NCBI GenBank assembly: GCA_951406725.2
Contig: OX597832.1
Coordinates: 44,144,001-44,208,000, forward strand
Source: Octopus vulgaris
Taxonomy: Eukaryota
Length of the DNA stretch: 64,000 nt
Reading direction: 5' to 3'
The notes under the pieces: generated by a model
What the model saw: only the letters and a program-made list of their open reading frames with translations
Told to the model about the DNA's origin: nothing
The model's database searches: none
In this document: piece after piece, positions 12,405 through 25,190 of the stretch
Numbering within the stretch: position 1 is the stretch's first letter
Layout of the letters: each line of letters begins with the position of its first letter
Translations under genes and position numbers: made by a program

Positions 12405-13161
12405 GGTGATGGATTAGCAGAATTCTTAGAGGATTGTCAAAAGTGCCTTGTGTTATTATTTAGTTGTAGCACTTTATGATGTGAGTTCAAATCGTGTTGG
12501 AGTCAACTTTATCCTTCATCCTTTCGGAGTCAATAAAACAAGATACCAGTCAAATACCAGGGTTGATTTTATTGCTGATATTCTTCCCCCAAACTCAAGG
12601 CCCTGTGCGTCAGAATCATAAGCAATGTTGGACGAAATGCTTAGTAGCATTTCTTCTGACCCTTTATGTACCCAGTCCAAATTCCACTAAGGTCAGCTTT
12701 GCCTTTCACCCTTTTGGGGTCAAGAAAAGAAGTACCAGTTGAGCATCGATTTTTCCCTTTATTTCAGGCCTTGTGCCTGTAGTAAAAAGGATTATTATTA
12801 TTTAGGCCGCAAACCCTTAGAATTGTTTGTTCATCAGACTAGAATTCTCCTCCAAACTTAAGGCCTTGCGTCTTATAATGCACACACTCATGCACATAAG
12901 ATATCCATGCACTCTCACATATACACACTTGTACACTCCCTCACTTGCACACATTTCCACTCTCTCTCTCTCTCTCTCACACACACACAAATACAAAATA
13001 GGAAGTAAAACCTTGCCCATGTCTGCTCCTCAAAGAATGACTTTCCCACTGCAGATCCCTGAACAAAGTGAAACCCTGACCCTTGAATCTGAGTAAATTC
13101 CCCATAGCATGTTAGAAGCCGTTGTTACTAAAATCTGGCATTCATCTTTTGTTTATTTCAG

Positions 13162-13285
13162 TCTGAAAGTGATTCCAATGAAGATGAAGACAACTCAGTT
13201 ACCAGCCTGGGAATCAAACTGGAATACCAACAGGCAGTATTTGAATGTTTGGGGAAAGTTTGGCCAGAAAATGCTCAGACACAAA
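13162..13285 (+). CDS. ECPAS: ECM29 exon
   Basis: phase 0-1; SESDSNEDEDNSVTSLGIKLEYQQAVFECLGKVWPENAQTQ (LGKxWP motif). Confidence 0.93.
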
Positions 13286-13928
13286 GTAAGAATCATTTTC
13301 ATTTGCTTCTCTGCTTTATTGCTACTTCAACATTTTTGTTGCAAACGTTTTTTTTTTTTTGTCTCTGGGGTGTTTTTTTCTTACCCTGGCACCAACATCT
13401 TTATACTGACTCCTCAAACACTACATTGTCTCTTGCACTTAATATGAGCCAATGCGAGAGCCCCTTAGTCAGTGGTTCTGAGCCTTTTGTAGCTCAATGG
13501 CCCCTTTCATCAAATGATATTTTACAAACGTCTGCTTTGTTATAAGAATTTGTGCTCACTGTTTACACAAAATCCTATCCGTGTTTTAAACCCGGCAAAG
13601 ATTTTTCGAAAATGTCTTTAAAATATATTATAATCTGGTTTAAATATTTTATTTCTCAGAAAGAACCTGGCCCCCACAGTAGCATCCTTTTGACATTAGC
13701 CGTCCCCTTGGAACATTAATCCTGCATATTTATCCTTACAGGTGAGGCCGTGTGGCAAGAAGCTTGCTTCTCTGTCACATGGTTACGCACTCAATCCCAC
13801 TCAAAGTTGTTACTTCTCCCCTTGTAGGTAATAAAGAAATCATTAATCCTGTATATTTATCCTGACAATGGAGGTCATGTCTTTGATTCCTGGCGGCACA
13901 TTCTGACCTTTGTCACATTTATCTCTAG

Positions 13929-14240
13929 TGAAGGCATGTGGCTTAATATTTCGGGTATTCAGCTCGTGGTCATAAGGCCGTGAGTTTGATTCCTGGCAGC
14001 ACACTGTGTCCTTGAGCAAGACACTTTATTTTCACGTTGCTCCAGTCCACTCAGCTGGTAAAAATGAGTTGTATCTGTTAGGGCCAACCTTGTCACATTG
14101 AATTTCCTTGAGAACTACATTAAGGGTACACGTGTCTGTGGAGTGCTCAGCTACTTGCATGTTAATTTCGCAAGCAGGCTGTTCCGTTGATTGGATCAAC
14201 TGGAACCCACATCATCATAGCTGACAAAGTGGTAAATGCC
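13929..14240 (+). mobile_element. tRNA-derived SINE with CORE-like domain. Other copies at 28569-28790, 37351-37668, 41967-42334(-)
   Basis: A/B-box-like head followed by TGTCCTTGAGCAAGACACTTTATTT(T)CACGTTGCTCCAGTCCACTCAGCTGG. Confidence 0.7.
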
Positions 14241-14363
14241 TACGATATGTGTGGATTGACAGACACACATTTTCTCTCTTAGTGTAAACACTGTATCTAT
14301 CCCAGCATTTATCATCCATGCCACCAAACTATTAATGTTCTTTTCTCTTGCTTTTCTTATCAG

Positions 14364-14469
14364 CCACCTATCAAGAGTTGTTTTGTGAGCAGCTGTGTCA
14401 GTCATTGATGAGAGGTGTGTGGAAGATACAGATTTCAATAATGAAGTCCATACAGAAATATCTAGACAG
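14364..14469 (+). CDS. ECPAS: ECM29 exon
   Basis: phase 1-2; TTYQELFCEQLCQSLMRGVWKIQISIMKSIQKYLD(R). Confidence 0.92.
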
Positions 14470-15552
14470 GTGAGTAGTCTAATACATTGATGTGGTGAGT
14501 AGGTGTGTCTGTGTGTGTGTTTTTGTAGATACCTTTGTTTGTCTCTGTGTGTGTATATATGTGTTGTGTGTAGTTTGTATGTATGTTTGTCTGAGAGTGT
14601 GTCTGTTTTTGTACATATCCATTGTACTTGGCACTGTGGCCTCTTGATACGAAGAGATTGACTGTAAGAAAAACATTACACGCAAAATGGCCAGTATTCA
14701 TCATCATCATTTTCATCGTTTAACGTCTGTTCTCCATGCTAGCACAGGTTGGATGGTTCGACCAGGGTCTGGGAAGCCAGGAGGCTGCACCAGGCCCAGT
14801 CTGATCTGACAGCGTTTCTACAGCTGGATGCCCTTCCTAACACCAACCACTCCATGAGTGTAGTGGGTGCTTTTTACGTGCCAGGCAAGGCTGGCAACGG
14901 CCACGATCGGATGGTTCTTTTACGTGCCACCAGCACTAGTATCACAACTACAATTTCCATTGATATTGACAACGTCATTAACTCCAAACGCTGTGCTGAG
15001 ACGAACACAACTGAAGGTCACTGCAGAAAATAGCTATTAGTGTACTTTGCATATAGCTTCTTCACTTCTGAGGTGAGTCTGCCAGCATGCAGAAACAGAA
15101 TAGGGACCGAAGGAAAATAATACATAGCCAGATAGCCACACTGTATACCAAATAATAATAAATCACTGTCTGTTAGAGAGCACAATGTGGGTATATTTGG
15201 TGTGAGCTACGGATCTTTGGGTTTAGTTGTTTAACTGTGGTCTGTTTGATTTTTATTGTTTTCCTCATAAAATGAACATTTCTTATTCAGTGGTTTACAC
15301 TTGAAGCTAACCAAACACTTCCATGCTTCTGATTCAAGTTTGTACTCTCTTTGCTCTTTTACTTGTTTCAGTCATTTGACTGCGGCCATGCTGGAGCACC
15401 GCCTTTAGTCGAGCGAATCGACCCCGGGACTTATTCTTTGTAAGCCCAGTACTTATTCTATCAGTCGCTTTTTTGCCGAACCGCTAAGTGACGGGGACGT
15501 AAACACACCAGCATCGGTTGTCAAGCAATGCTAGGGGGACAAACACACACAT

Positions 15553-15597
<45 letters not shown>

Positions 15598-15780
15598 TAT
15601 GACAGGCTTCTTTCAGTTTCCTTCTACCAAATCCACTCACAAGGCATTGGTCGGCCCGAGGCTATAATAGAAGACACTTGCCCAAGATGCCATGTGGTTG
15701 GTTAGCAAGCTACTTACCACACAGCCACTCCTGCGCCTATTGTTTGTTAATTGTGTTTTTTTTTTGTTTTTTCATAATAG

Positions 15781-15878
15781 GCTATTAATCTGGAAAGACC
15801 AGAATGCAGTGAGCAATAATGTTGCAATGGTTAGTAAGATTATCAACCAAATACTCTCGTCTGTGATACCATGTTTAG
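15781..15878 (+). CDS. ECPAS: ECM29 exon
   Basis: phase 2-1; LLIWKDQNAVSNNVAMVSKIINQILSSVIPCL(G). Confidence 0.88.
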
Positions 15879-16415
15879 GTGAGTTTTAAACACCTTTCAT
15901 TTGTTACTGTTAATTTTTTTCTTTTGTTTTCTCATTCAATGCCAGCCACTTTAGCTGCATATCTTCATTATTATATTAACCCTTCTAGCCATCACTCATT
16001 GTCTCTTTTTAACCAAATCCAGTGGCTAGCCTTCTCCACTGTAGTTTGGATATCGGTCATGGTGGTATTGACTTTACGATGAGTCGTCTCACACTCTGTC
16101 CAACAAACTCTACATCCGACTTCGATTGGAAAATGCTCTGCTTTCCAGCCTGTGTCCAGTCAATAGACAGTGATGTCAAGACAAGGGAACACACACACAC
16201 ACACACACACTGATGAGTTTCATTCAGTTTCTGTCAACCTGATCCACTCACAAGGTTTGGGACTATACTAGAAGATAATTGCTCAAGATCCCATGCAGTG
16301 AGACTGAATCCAAAACAACTGCATGTTTAGAAAGCAAACCTGCTCCAATAATCTCTTTCCTAATTTTTCCTAATCTGTGTTTCTCTCATTAAATGTTTGA
16401 ATTTCTGTTTTGTAG

Positions 16416-16487
16416 GTAATATGAAATATTCTGTGATAAGATCAGAAGCAATGGTTGTGATAACACAAGTTGTCCGCAAGTTACACG
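16416..16487 (+). CDS. ECPAS: ECM29 exon
   Basis: phase 1-1; GNMKYSVIRSEAMVVITQVVRKLH (compare NKTYSSVRTEAL). Confidence 0.92.
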
Positions 16488-17614
16488 GTGAGAACATTGC
16501 ATTAATTTTTTTTGGAGTTGCATTCCCTCTCTCTCTTTTTCGGAGAGGCAAGTTAGTCTGGAATGATCTGAAGGCCTGTAACAGTGGAACATAGAACCAC
16601 ATCCGGAGGAGCCACAGAGCTGATTTGCATTCAGTTACTGACAAACATATTGTTTCTTCTCTCTCTGTCTCTCTTTGTCACTCTTATAGCAACATTGGTT
16701 CCTCAAAGCTAGCTGGTTTCATACCTCCACTACTCAGGTACCTTCAACCTCTTTGTCTTTCCACCACATGTCATCCTAGTTACGGTTAACCCTCCCCTGC
16801 ATTAATATGATACCCAGTTCTTCCTCCTACTTATATAGAGAGCATGTAATGTCGGTCTACATCAAAGCTGTTTAGAATCTGAACAAAAATTTGAAACTGC
16901 AATACTCTTGTCCATTGAATGAGTGCAGCCACTCTGTATCTCACATACTTCTCCAACCAATCATAATTCTTGTATTTGGTAACCTTTCACCAATGAAAAG
17001 CTAAAGTAATATGCTGCACTTGGTCAGATTTCTTCTTCCCCTCCTCCTCCTTTAACGGCCGCTTTCCATGCTATCATGGGTTGGACGATTTGACTGAGGA
17101 CTAGAGAACCAGATGGCTGCACCAGACTCCAGTCTGATCTGGAAGAGTTTCTACAGCTGGATGCCCTTACTAATGTCAACCACTCCGAGAGTGTAGTGGG
17201 TGCTTTTACGTGCCACGAGGGCCAGTCAGGTGGTACTGGCAACAGCCACGTTCAAAATGGTGTTTTTTTTACATGCCACCAGCATAGGAGTCAGTCACGT
17301 GCCGCCAGCAGAAGTGCCAGTAAGGCAGTGCTGGTAATGATTAAGCTCAAATGGTGCTTTTTATGTGCCCACTGCCACAGAAGCCAAACAGCTGCTCTGG
17401 CAGTGATCCCGCTTGGATGGAGCTGTTAGTGCTCCACTGGCACAGGTGGGAGTCATCGAATTTGGTTCAATTTCGATTTCACTTGCCCCAACAGGTCTTC
17501 GCAAGCAGAGTTTTAGTGTCCAATGAAGGGAGGTTGGCATGGGTGCCAGTCGTCGAATTTGGTTCGATTTCGAATTCACCTAATATTTATCGTGTTTGTT
17601 TCTTTTTCTTTTAG

Positions 17615-17763
17615 ACTTGGATAACAGAGCATTGTTGACAGAGAAATTATCTGAAGAGTTAATGAACAGCCTGACCCCATTCATGGAGAATGATAAGAGT
17701 GAGATGCACCAGAAGGCAGTCGATGTGGCCTCGTTGCTAAAACCCAGCATGGAGATCTCCTGA
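17615..17763 (+). CDS. ECPAS: ECM29 terminal coding exon with TGA stop
   Basis: phase 1; DLDNRALLTEKLSEELMNSLTPFMENDKSEMHQKAVDVASLLKPSMEIS*. Confidence 0.9.
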
Positions 17764-20407
17764 TCACTTTAGGTAGCTACATATACACACAGCCAGCTGT
17801 CTTTTATACACAGACAATACCATCACATAAATCTGTGGAACATTATTTTACATTTTATACTGCATATATAAATGTATATATATGTAATATTTATGTGTTC
17901 CAATTTTTCATTGTTTACTTAGATGGGTTAACGAATCATAGCAATCATATTCTGTGGTTCTTACTTTTATCGTTAAGCCCATGTCATTAAAGGTCTTATT
18001 GTACAGAACTTCTTGCCTAGTTTAGATAATTCGATTAAGATTTTTTTTTTTCAACTACAAAGTAAGAGAGTAATTATCATACGATAACTATTTATAATAA
18101 TTCATATCTACTAGACGAATCTCTTATTCTTTTATAGCTATTAAAATATTAACAGATGTGGAGAATGTATGTATATATGTATACATATAATATATACATA
18201 TATGTATGCATGTAAGTATATGCATGTATGTATATTCATGTGTGTATGTATATATATATGCATATGTGTGTGTATATATATGTATGCATATATAATTTAT
18301 ATTTGATTGAAGGCCAGTCATCCATTTCCAAGTATGTTTATATATATACACACACACACATACACGTAGGTATCTATATGGAGGTGGAAACAGTACAGAA
18401 ATAAATCCAAGACATTTCAATTTAAGAGAGAATTTAACACTTTGTATAATTTTCATTTTATATAGTTTTTTTAATTAAATTCCACCTTAAATTGAAAATG
18501 TCTTAGACTTACAACTTTGCTATTTCCACGTATATATGTGGTTGTGTATATATATATATGTGTATGTATATATATATATATATGTGTGTGTATACATACA
18601 TATGTATGTATGTATATATATATACATATATAAATGCATTTTTTGATTGTCTTAATAACCTACCAGATGCTGGAGCATATTTCCACCCAGACATCCTAAA
18701 CTTGGAGTTTTATTATCGCAACCGAATAATTGTGTGTATATATATGTATTTATATATATGTGTGTGTGTGTGTATAATCATATATGTATAAGTACATATA
18801 TATGTGTATATATTGCATGTATATACATGTTTACATAGATATGTATGCATATATGTACGTATACGTATATATGTGTGTATATATATAGAGAGAGAGAGGA
18901 GATCCAGAGCTTCTCAATATAGAAGAGACTTAGTAGTGCTCAAATGATTGAAACTTCAACTCCAATGTCTTTACAGGGGAGCAATTCCACACGGTAAAGA
19001 ATGGCTATAAAGAGAGGGATCCAGTTGAGCTGATATAGAAGCAGTTACGCAGAGAGACAGATATATATCTAATTTGTTGATCCACATAAATAGCCCCTCT
19101 CTATATATATTTATCTACATGTATGTATATATGTACCTTTGACTTTTTGGAACAATTACAAATATCATTTCATAGAAGTAATTGGAGATAATTTTTTCCT
19201 AATCCTAAATTCAATTTTGGGGATTATCTCCATCAGTTTTGTTCTTGTTACCCTCATTTCAGTTTTTTGGGGAACTACTTGCATAATAAGACCTATTACA
19301 TCACTCGGCAGCGGGATTAAAGGATTAAAATGGGAAATCTCATCATTGCTATACGAGAATAACTTGTTATTCTAGTAGTGACCTCAAAATAGAATTTTAA
19401 TTTAGGTTTTTTTAAGTTCTTATGACATAAAAAATTGAGAAAAATAAAAATTTGTGTACAAATTACTATTTTGTTTGTTGAATATTATATTCCTTATTTA
19501 ATTGGATGCTAAAATACCTCAGCTGAGATTGTCATTTAAAATTTTTGAAGAATATGTCTACATTTTCAACTCTTGTGGAAAACAACAAATTCTGGACTTA
19601 GTGAAATAAATTTTTTTTTTCAAATGAAAACTGACATTTTTTATGCCACTATTTGTGATAATGCTATTATTATTGGTGTTTAGTTCTAAGTCAACCTTGT
19701 GTAGGCCTTTGATGAATGGCATCCCAGCCTTGCCAGCCATCCTTTTTTATTTTGTTAATGCACCAATCCGACCATGGCCGTTACCAGCCTCGTCTGGCAC
19801 CTGTGCAGGTGGCATGTAAAAAGCACCCACTACACTCACAGAGTGGTTGGCGTTAGGAAGGGCATCCAGCCGAAGAAACATTGCCAGATCAGACTGGGCC
19901 TGGCGCAGCCTCCTGGCTTCCCAGATCCCCGGTCGAACCGTCCAACCCATGCTAGCATGGAAAGCGGACGTTAAACGATGATGAGGTGCAGGTATGACTG
20001 CGTGGTTAAGAAGCTTGCTTTGTAACCATGTAGTTTTGAGTTCAGTCCCACTGCACAGCACCATGGGGCAAGTATCTTCTACTATTAAGCACGAGATCAA
20101 TCAATGCCTCGTGAGTGAATTTGGTCGATTAGAAACTGTGTGGAAGGCTGTTGTGTGTGTGTGTGTTTCCTTATAACTTAGCAGTTTAGCAAGAGACCAG
20201 TAGAATACCACAAAAAAAAAATATCTTCCAGATAGGAGCAGGAGTGGTAAGTAGCTTGTTTATCAACCACATGGTTCTGGGTTCTGTCCCACTGCGTAGC
20301 ACCTTGGGCAAGTGTTTTCTACTATAACCCCGGGCCGACCAAAGCCTTGTGAGTGGATTTGGTAGACAGAAACTGAAATAAGCCCGTTGTATATATATGT
20401 GTGTGTG

Positions 20408-20476
<69 letters not shown>

Positions 20477-21221
20477 ATGTATATGTATGTATGTGTATAT
20501 GTTTGTGAGTCTGTGTTTGTTCCCCTCAACATTGCTTGTGTGTTTACGTCCCCGTAAATTAGTGGTTCGGCAAAAGAAGACCAATAGAATAAAGTACTAG
20601 GCTTACAAAAGAATAAGTCCTGGGGGTCGATTTGCTCGACTAAAGGCGGTGCTCCAGCATGGCCACAGCCAAATGACTGAAACAGGTAAAAGATAACTGC
20701 AAAGAAAAGATAGAGAGACAGGTGCATATATTGAATGAAAAGCCAGACAATCAACTTACATAGAATTTTTACATTTTATTTCCTTTTTTGGTGTGGGTGT
20801 CTAATAAGAGGGCTGTTGGGTATTGAAGACTTGAAAACAATATTTACCAAAGTTGTCACCCCCAAACCCCTATTCATTATAGAGATCAGGCAATATACAC
20901 TCCCCGTTCACCTCAATATTTTCGGCTGTTCTAAATAAGAATTTCCAAGATTTATTCATAGAATAAACCGAATCAAAACAGTTTTAAGAAATGCCATCCT
21001 TATTCAACACATTTACAGCCTGATAATATATATATCTTTAAATTGAAAATGCAAAGGGGTGTATCACACAGACCCCTCCTCCCCCAGTTATTTTTTTGGG
21101 GGTGGTTTTATTTTTAAAATATATATACAATTAAATCTATGTACATTAGGTTAAACATTTCTATAATGGATAACAAACAAAACACAACTAAGAACAATTT
21201 ATATATATATATACACATATA

Positions 21222-21537
21222 CTTGCTGCGTGTATATTCTGCGATGACATCTATCACGCCGGACTTCTTTCTGATGATCTTGCTACTTATGTGCTCTCTC
21301 AATGAGATACCAAGCATTGACCTTTCCATGGCTCTTTGATCCGTTACCAGTCTTTGCTCTTCTCTCTTTGTGGTAGCCCATGTTTCACTACCATATAACA
21401 TCCGGAAGACCTCCACAATGGTGGAGTTACGATTTCAGGAGGACGATTGGGATCACGTGGATGAGAAAGGCGCAATCTAGAGAGGAGTGGACAACGGTGT
21501 CAAATGGACGCCTGACGGACTGGTCGGTCAAAGTGAT

Positions 21538-21540
<3 letters not shown>
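21222..21540. mobile_element. RTE LINE 3' fragment with 5' inversion, in a (TA)n tract
   Basis: minus strand LYGSETW...QRAMERSMLGISLRE fused to plus strand GRPPQWWSYDF...AQSREEW. Confidence 0.8.
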
Positions 21541-21585
<45 letters not shown>

Positions 21586-23587
21586 ATACACATGCATATT
21601 TCTTCCATAAACACAAGGCCAGAAATTTCGGGGATGGAGGTGGTCAATTTAATTAACACCATTGACCCCCAGAAGAATGAACAGCAAAGTGAACCTCAGC
21701 ACATAAAGAACCATTAATAACATAATAAATACCACAAGGTATTTTTGTCCAACAATCAAACAACACTTAACTGCTGTTTTTGAGAGGGTTTTTCAAGAAA
21801 TTCAAAATCTGAATTAGAATGATTTTTTTTTTTAGCAAGATGTGCTTGGGTGCTCCCAGCCTCCTACTCCGTTATTATATGCAAAGTCGGGGCAGACACA
21901 CGTCCAAGCTGAAACAAATGAGGAAGATGAGACTCTTGTTTAACATTTAAGCTCATCATAAGGACCATTGCTAATTACTAATGGAATGAATTGGTATGAG
22001 GACCCAGGATAAAAAATAGATTTCAGTCATCCGAAGGAACTTCTACTCTACAGCACTCATTCACTGGATTCTAACCTACGTAGAAATATAAAACAATCTG
22101 TTTTGTTTTGATTCTTTTTTTTCTTTGCTCGACTTATATATATTTAAAAACAAAACAATACAAAAAAAAAATATATCGGTGGCATGTAAAAAGCACCATC
22201 CGAATGTGGCCGATGCCAGACTCCGGTGGCACGTAAAAAGCACCCACTACACTCATGGAGTGGTTGGCGTTAGGAAGGGCATCCAGCTGGAGCCTGGTGC
22301 AGCCTCCTGGCTTCTCAGACCCCGGTTGAACCGCCCAACCCGTGCTAGCACGGAAAACGGATGTTAAACGATGATGATGATGTATATAATTCATTAGTTT
22401 GAAATCTTCCAGTAATGGCAACAGATTAAAAAAAGAAAGAAAAATTTATATCTATTTTTCCCATATTAGCATTGATTGGATAGCCTGGAAATTCAAGCAT
22501 TTAATTCAAATGTCAGCACAGAAGTTCCATGGCTACAGAAGCCACAATTGTCTGGAATTTAAAGGATTATTAGTTCAATAGCTTAAATACTCATAGTTGT
22601 CTATCTTGAGTGTTTTGTTAGCTTGTAAAACTGAGCACAAATCCTTTAACCCTTTCGTTATCAACCTGGCTGAAACCAACTCTGGTTCTGAATACAAATG
22701 TCTTGTTTTCATAAGTTTCATAAGTTTCAATTAAAATCTTCCACCAAACCTTAGTCACAATTTATGTTCCTAACACTAGCTTAATTATAACTAAGTTATT
22801 TTACTAAATTCTTTGTTATATTTAAAGTATTTGAAAGAAACACAGAGCGTCTCAACAGAAATACAGCAATGAAAGGGTTAAAGAGAATAAAAATTGCTCA
22901 AATGATTATAAGACTTGTCATTCATGATTGGATATAACTTATGAAACTAAATCACTCAACCATGAACTATTTCGTAGTGTATTAAAACCGAGGCAGTGAA
23001 TTCATTAATGTAATTTACTTAATAGAGTAATTAAAAAAGAAAATACAAAATAAAAATTCTAAGCATATGTTTAACCCTTAAGTATCTAAGCCAGTCATAT
23101 TTGGCCGAAACATTCTACCTATTTTATGCTCAAATTGGCCTGATCCAGCCTCTCACACCTATCCTACAATGTCATTTTAAAAACGAACAATTACATTGTC
23201 AAAATCTTGAAGTTACAAGATTTTGACACAGTCCGTTCAAAATAATGTAGAAAAAATAAGCATTACATTTCAGTTTGCCAAAAGAAGCCCCTCTGTTTAG
23301 AAATTTGTTGCCCTTAAGCTAAAGTAAAAATTAATTTAAGTTAAACATTTTGTTAACAGGAAAAGGGAGCATCAGGGGTTAAACTCCTGCCAAGAGTAAA
23401 CTGGATGATGTACAGGGTTCATGGTACAAAAATAATAAATTTAATTTTTTTGACTTTCAGTTTGTTGTTTCTCATTGAAATTTGTGATAAACCAAAACAT
23501 CTTCACAAACAGAAACTAATGAAATGAAATATGTAATATGAAGAATTCTGTACAATATGACCCAATGGGAGAAGATTTTTGGCATGA

Positions 23588-23938
23588 TAATTTTTTTTTA
23601 AATAAAAAAAGAGGCCCTTACAGAAATCCCATCAAGATTCTCACATTTGGTCTATTTTAATTTTTTTTTAAATAAAAAAAGAGGCCCTTACAGAAAATCC
23701 CATCAAGATTCTCACATTTGGTCTATTTTAATTTTTTTTTAAATAAAAAAAGAGGCCCTTACAGAAATCCCATCAAGATTCTCACATTTGGTCTATTTTA
23801 ATTTTTTTTTAAATAAAAAAAGAGGCCCTTACAGAAATCCCATCAAGATTCTCACATTTGGTCTATTTTAATTTTTTTTTAAATAAAAAAAGAGGCCCTT
23901 ACAGAAATCCCATCAAGATTCTCACATTTGGTCTATTT
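23588..23938. repeat. 70-bp minisatellite x5
   Basis: GAGGCCCTTACAGAAATCCCATCAAGATTCTCACATTTGGTCTATTT recurs at 23611, 23681, 23752, 23822, 23892. Confidence 0.95.
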
Positions 23939-24404
23939 AAGCTCATACAAGTAAAGAGCTGACAACACACGGACTTATTTACAAGGAGAAATTAATTACT
24001 TACAAGAGCCATGAAGGTTTAGGACTTAAGGCAGCGGCCAATAACGTAAGAATGGTTGACACTGTCATGAATAATCAATGTTGATAATTTGCTAAATGGC
24101 ACCTGAAACAAGATTAATTATAAAAGCTGTTAGAAAATTACACATCTTGCTACAATATAAATGCTACGATTGTTTGGGAGGAACAGTTGAATGTCACTTA
24201 ACTCTGCAGACCAAAGACTTCTCAATAGTTACGCTTGTTACACACAGAGAAATGGGGATTAAATTCTGGATATTCCTAAATACACGAAATCTTCATAAAA
24301 TATTTTGATCATTCATGTCAAATTACATTAATTAATGTTGCCTTCTTAAACAGACTAAGCCTTGAATTCCTAAGGAGAGAGCGCAAATAGGATGCTACTG
24401 TGTT

Positions 24405-24612
24405 TATGTATTTTTGGTGGGGTGTGAGGACAGGAGTTTGATGTATTGGGGGGGGGGGGGGTCGATGCATTTTTTTTTGGGGGGGGGACAGGAGTTTGAT
24501 GTATTTTTGGGGGTTTGGGGGGACAGGGGTTTGATGTATTTTTGGGGGTTTGGGGGGACAGGAGTTTGATGTATTTTTTGGGGTGTGGAAGGGGACAGGA
24601 GTTTGATGTACT
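24405..24612. repeat. G-rich minisatellite (about 30-bp unit)
   Basis: GACAGGAGTTTGATGTATTTTT units separated by G-runs. Confidence 0.85.
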
Positions 24613-25022
24613 TTTGTGTGTGTGTGTGTGTTTCTTTTTTAGGACCAACTATTTTCATGATTTCAAATCAATATTCGAAGACAAATGATTCAAAATAATT
24701 TATGACCATTAGAAGTTGGCATGTGGTGCATAAACAGAAATGTAAGATTAATCAACATGCATTGTACACCTTATTTCAACGTTAATTACACCTCAGGTTA
24801 TTTACACTAAAAAAAATGTTAATTTGTCTTTCTTCGTTTTCATCAAAACCACAATTCACAAAAACTACCTGGAAAAAAAAAAAAATTTGATTTTTTTTAC
24901 TAATTGCTTTGTTTACAATTAACAGAACTATAAATATTAATTACTACCATTATTTATAGCATCAGTTTTAATATTACACAACATCGCCTAAGATAAAGGG
25001 TTGTTTTGAAAAAAAATTTTAA

Positions 25023-25054
<32 letters not shown>

Positions 25055-25058
<4 letters not shown>

Positions 25059-25190
25059 AAAATAAGCAACAAGAATAACTTCGGTAATTTGGTATGATCG
25101 TTTCACGCTACATCATTTTATTTAATAAAATGATGTAGCGTGAAACGATCGTACCAAATTACCGAAGTTATTCTTGTTGCTTATTTTGAT
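25055..25190. repeat. near-perfect inverted repeat (about 67-bp arms, 1-nt spacer)
   Basis: centre at 25123; arms differ by one substitution and one A-run indel. Confidence 0.95.

Noticed and set aside
12159-12409. Poly-Pro/Ser and poly-Met/Val ORFs
   Set aside because: Read-through of an ECM29 donor into a (CAT/CAC)n microsatellite
18124-18900. Y/I/H/T-rich ORFs
   Set aside because: (TA)n/(TG)n microsatellite DNA downstream of the ECM29 stop
23588-23938. Possible CRISPR array
   Set aside because: Units are identical end to end with no unique spacers; it is a minisatellite
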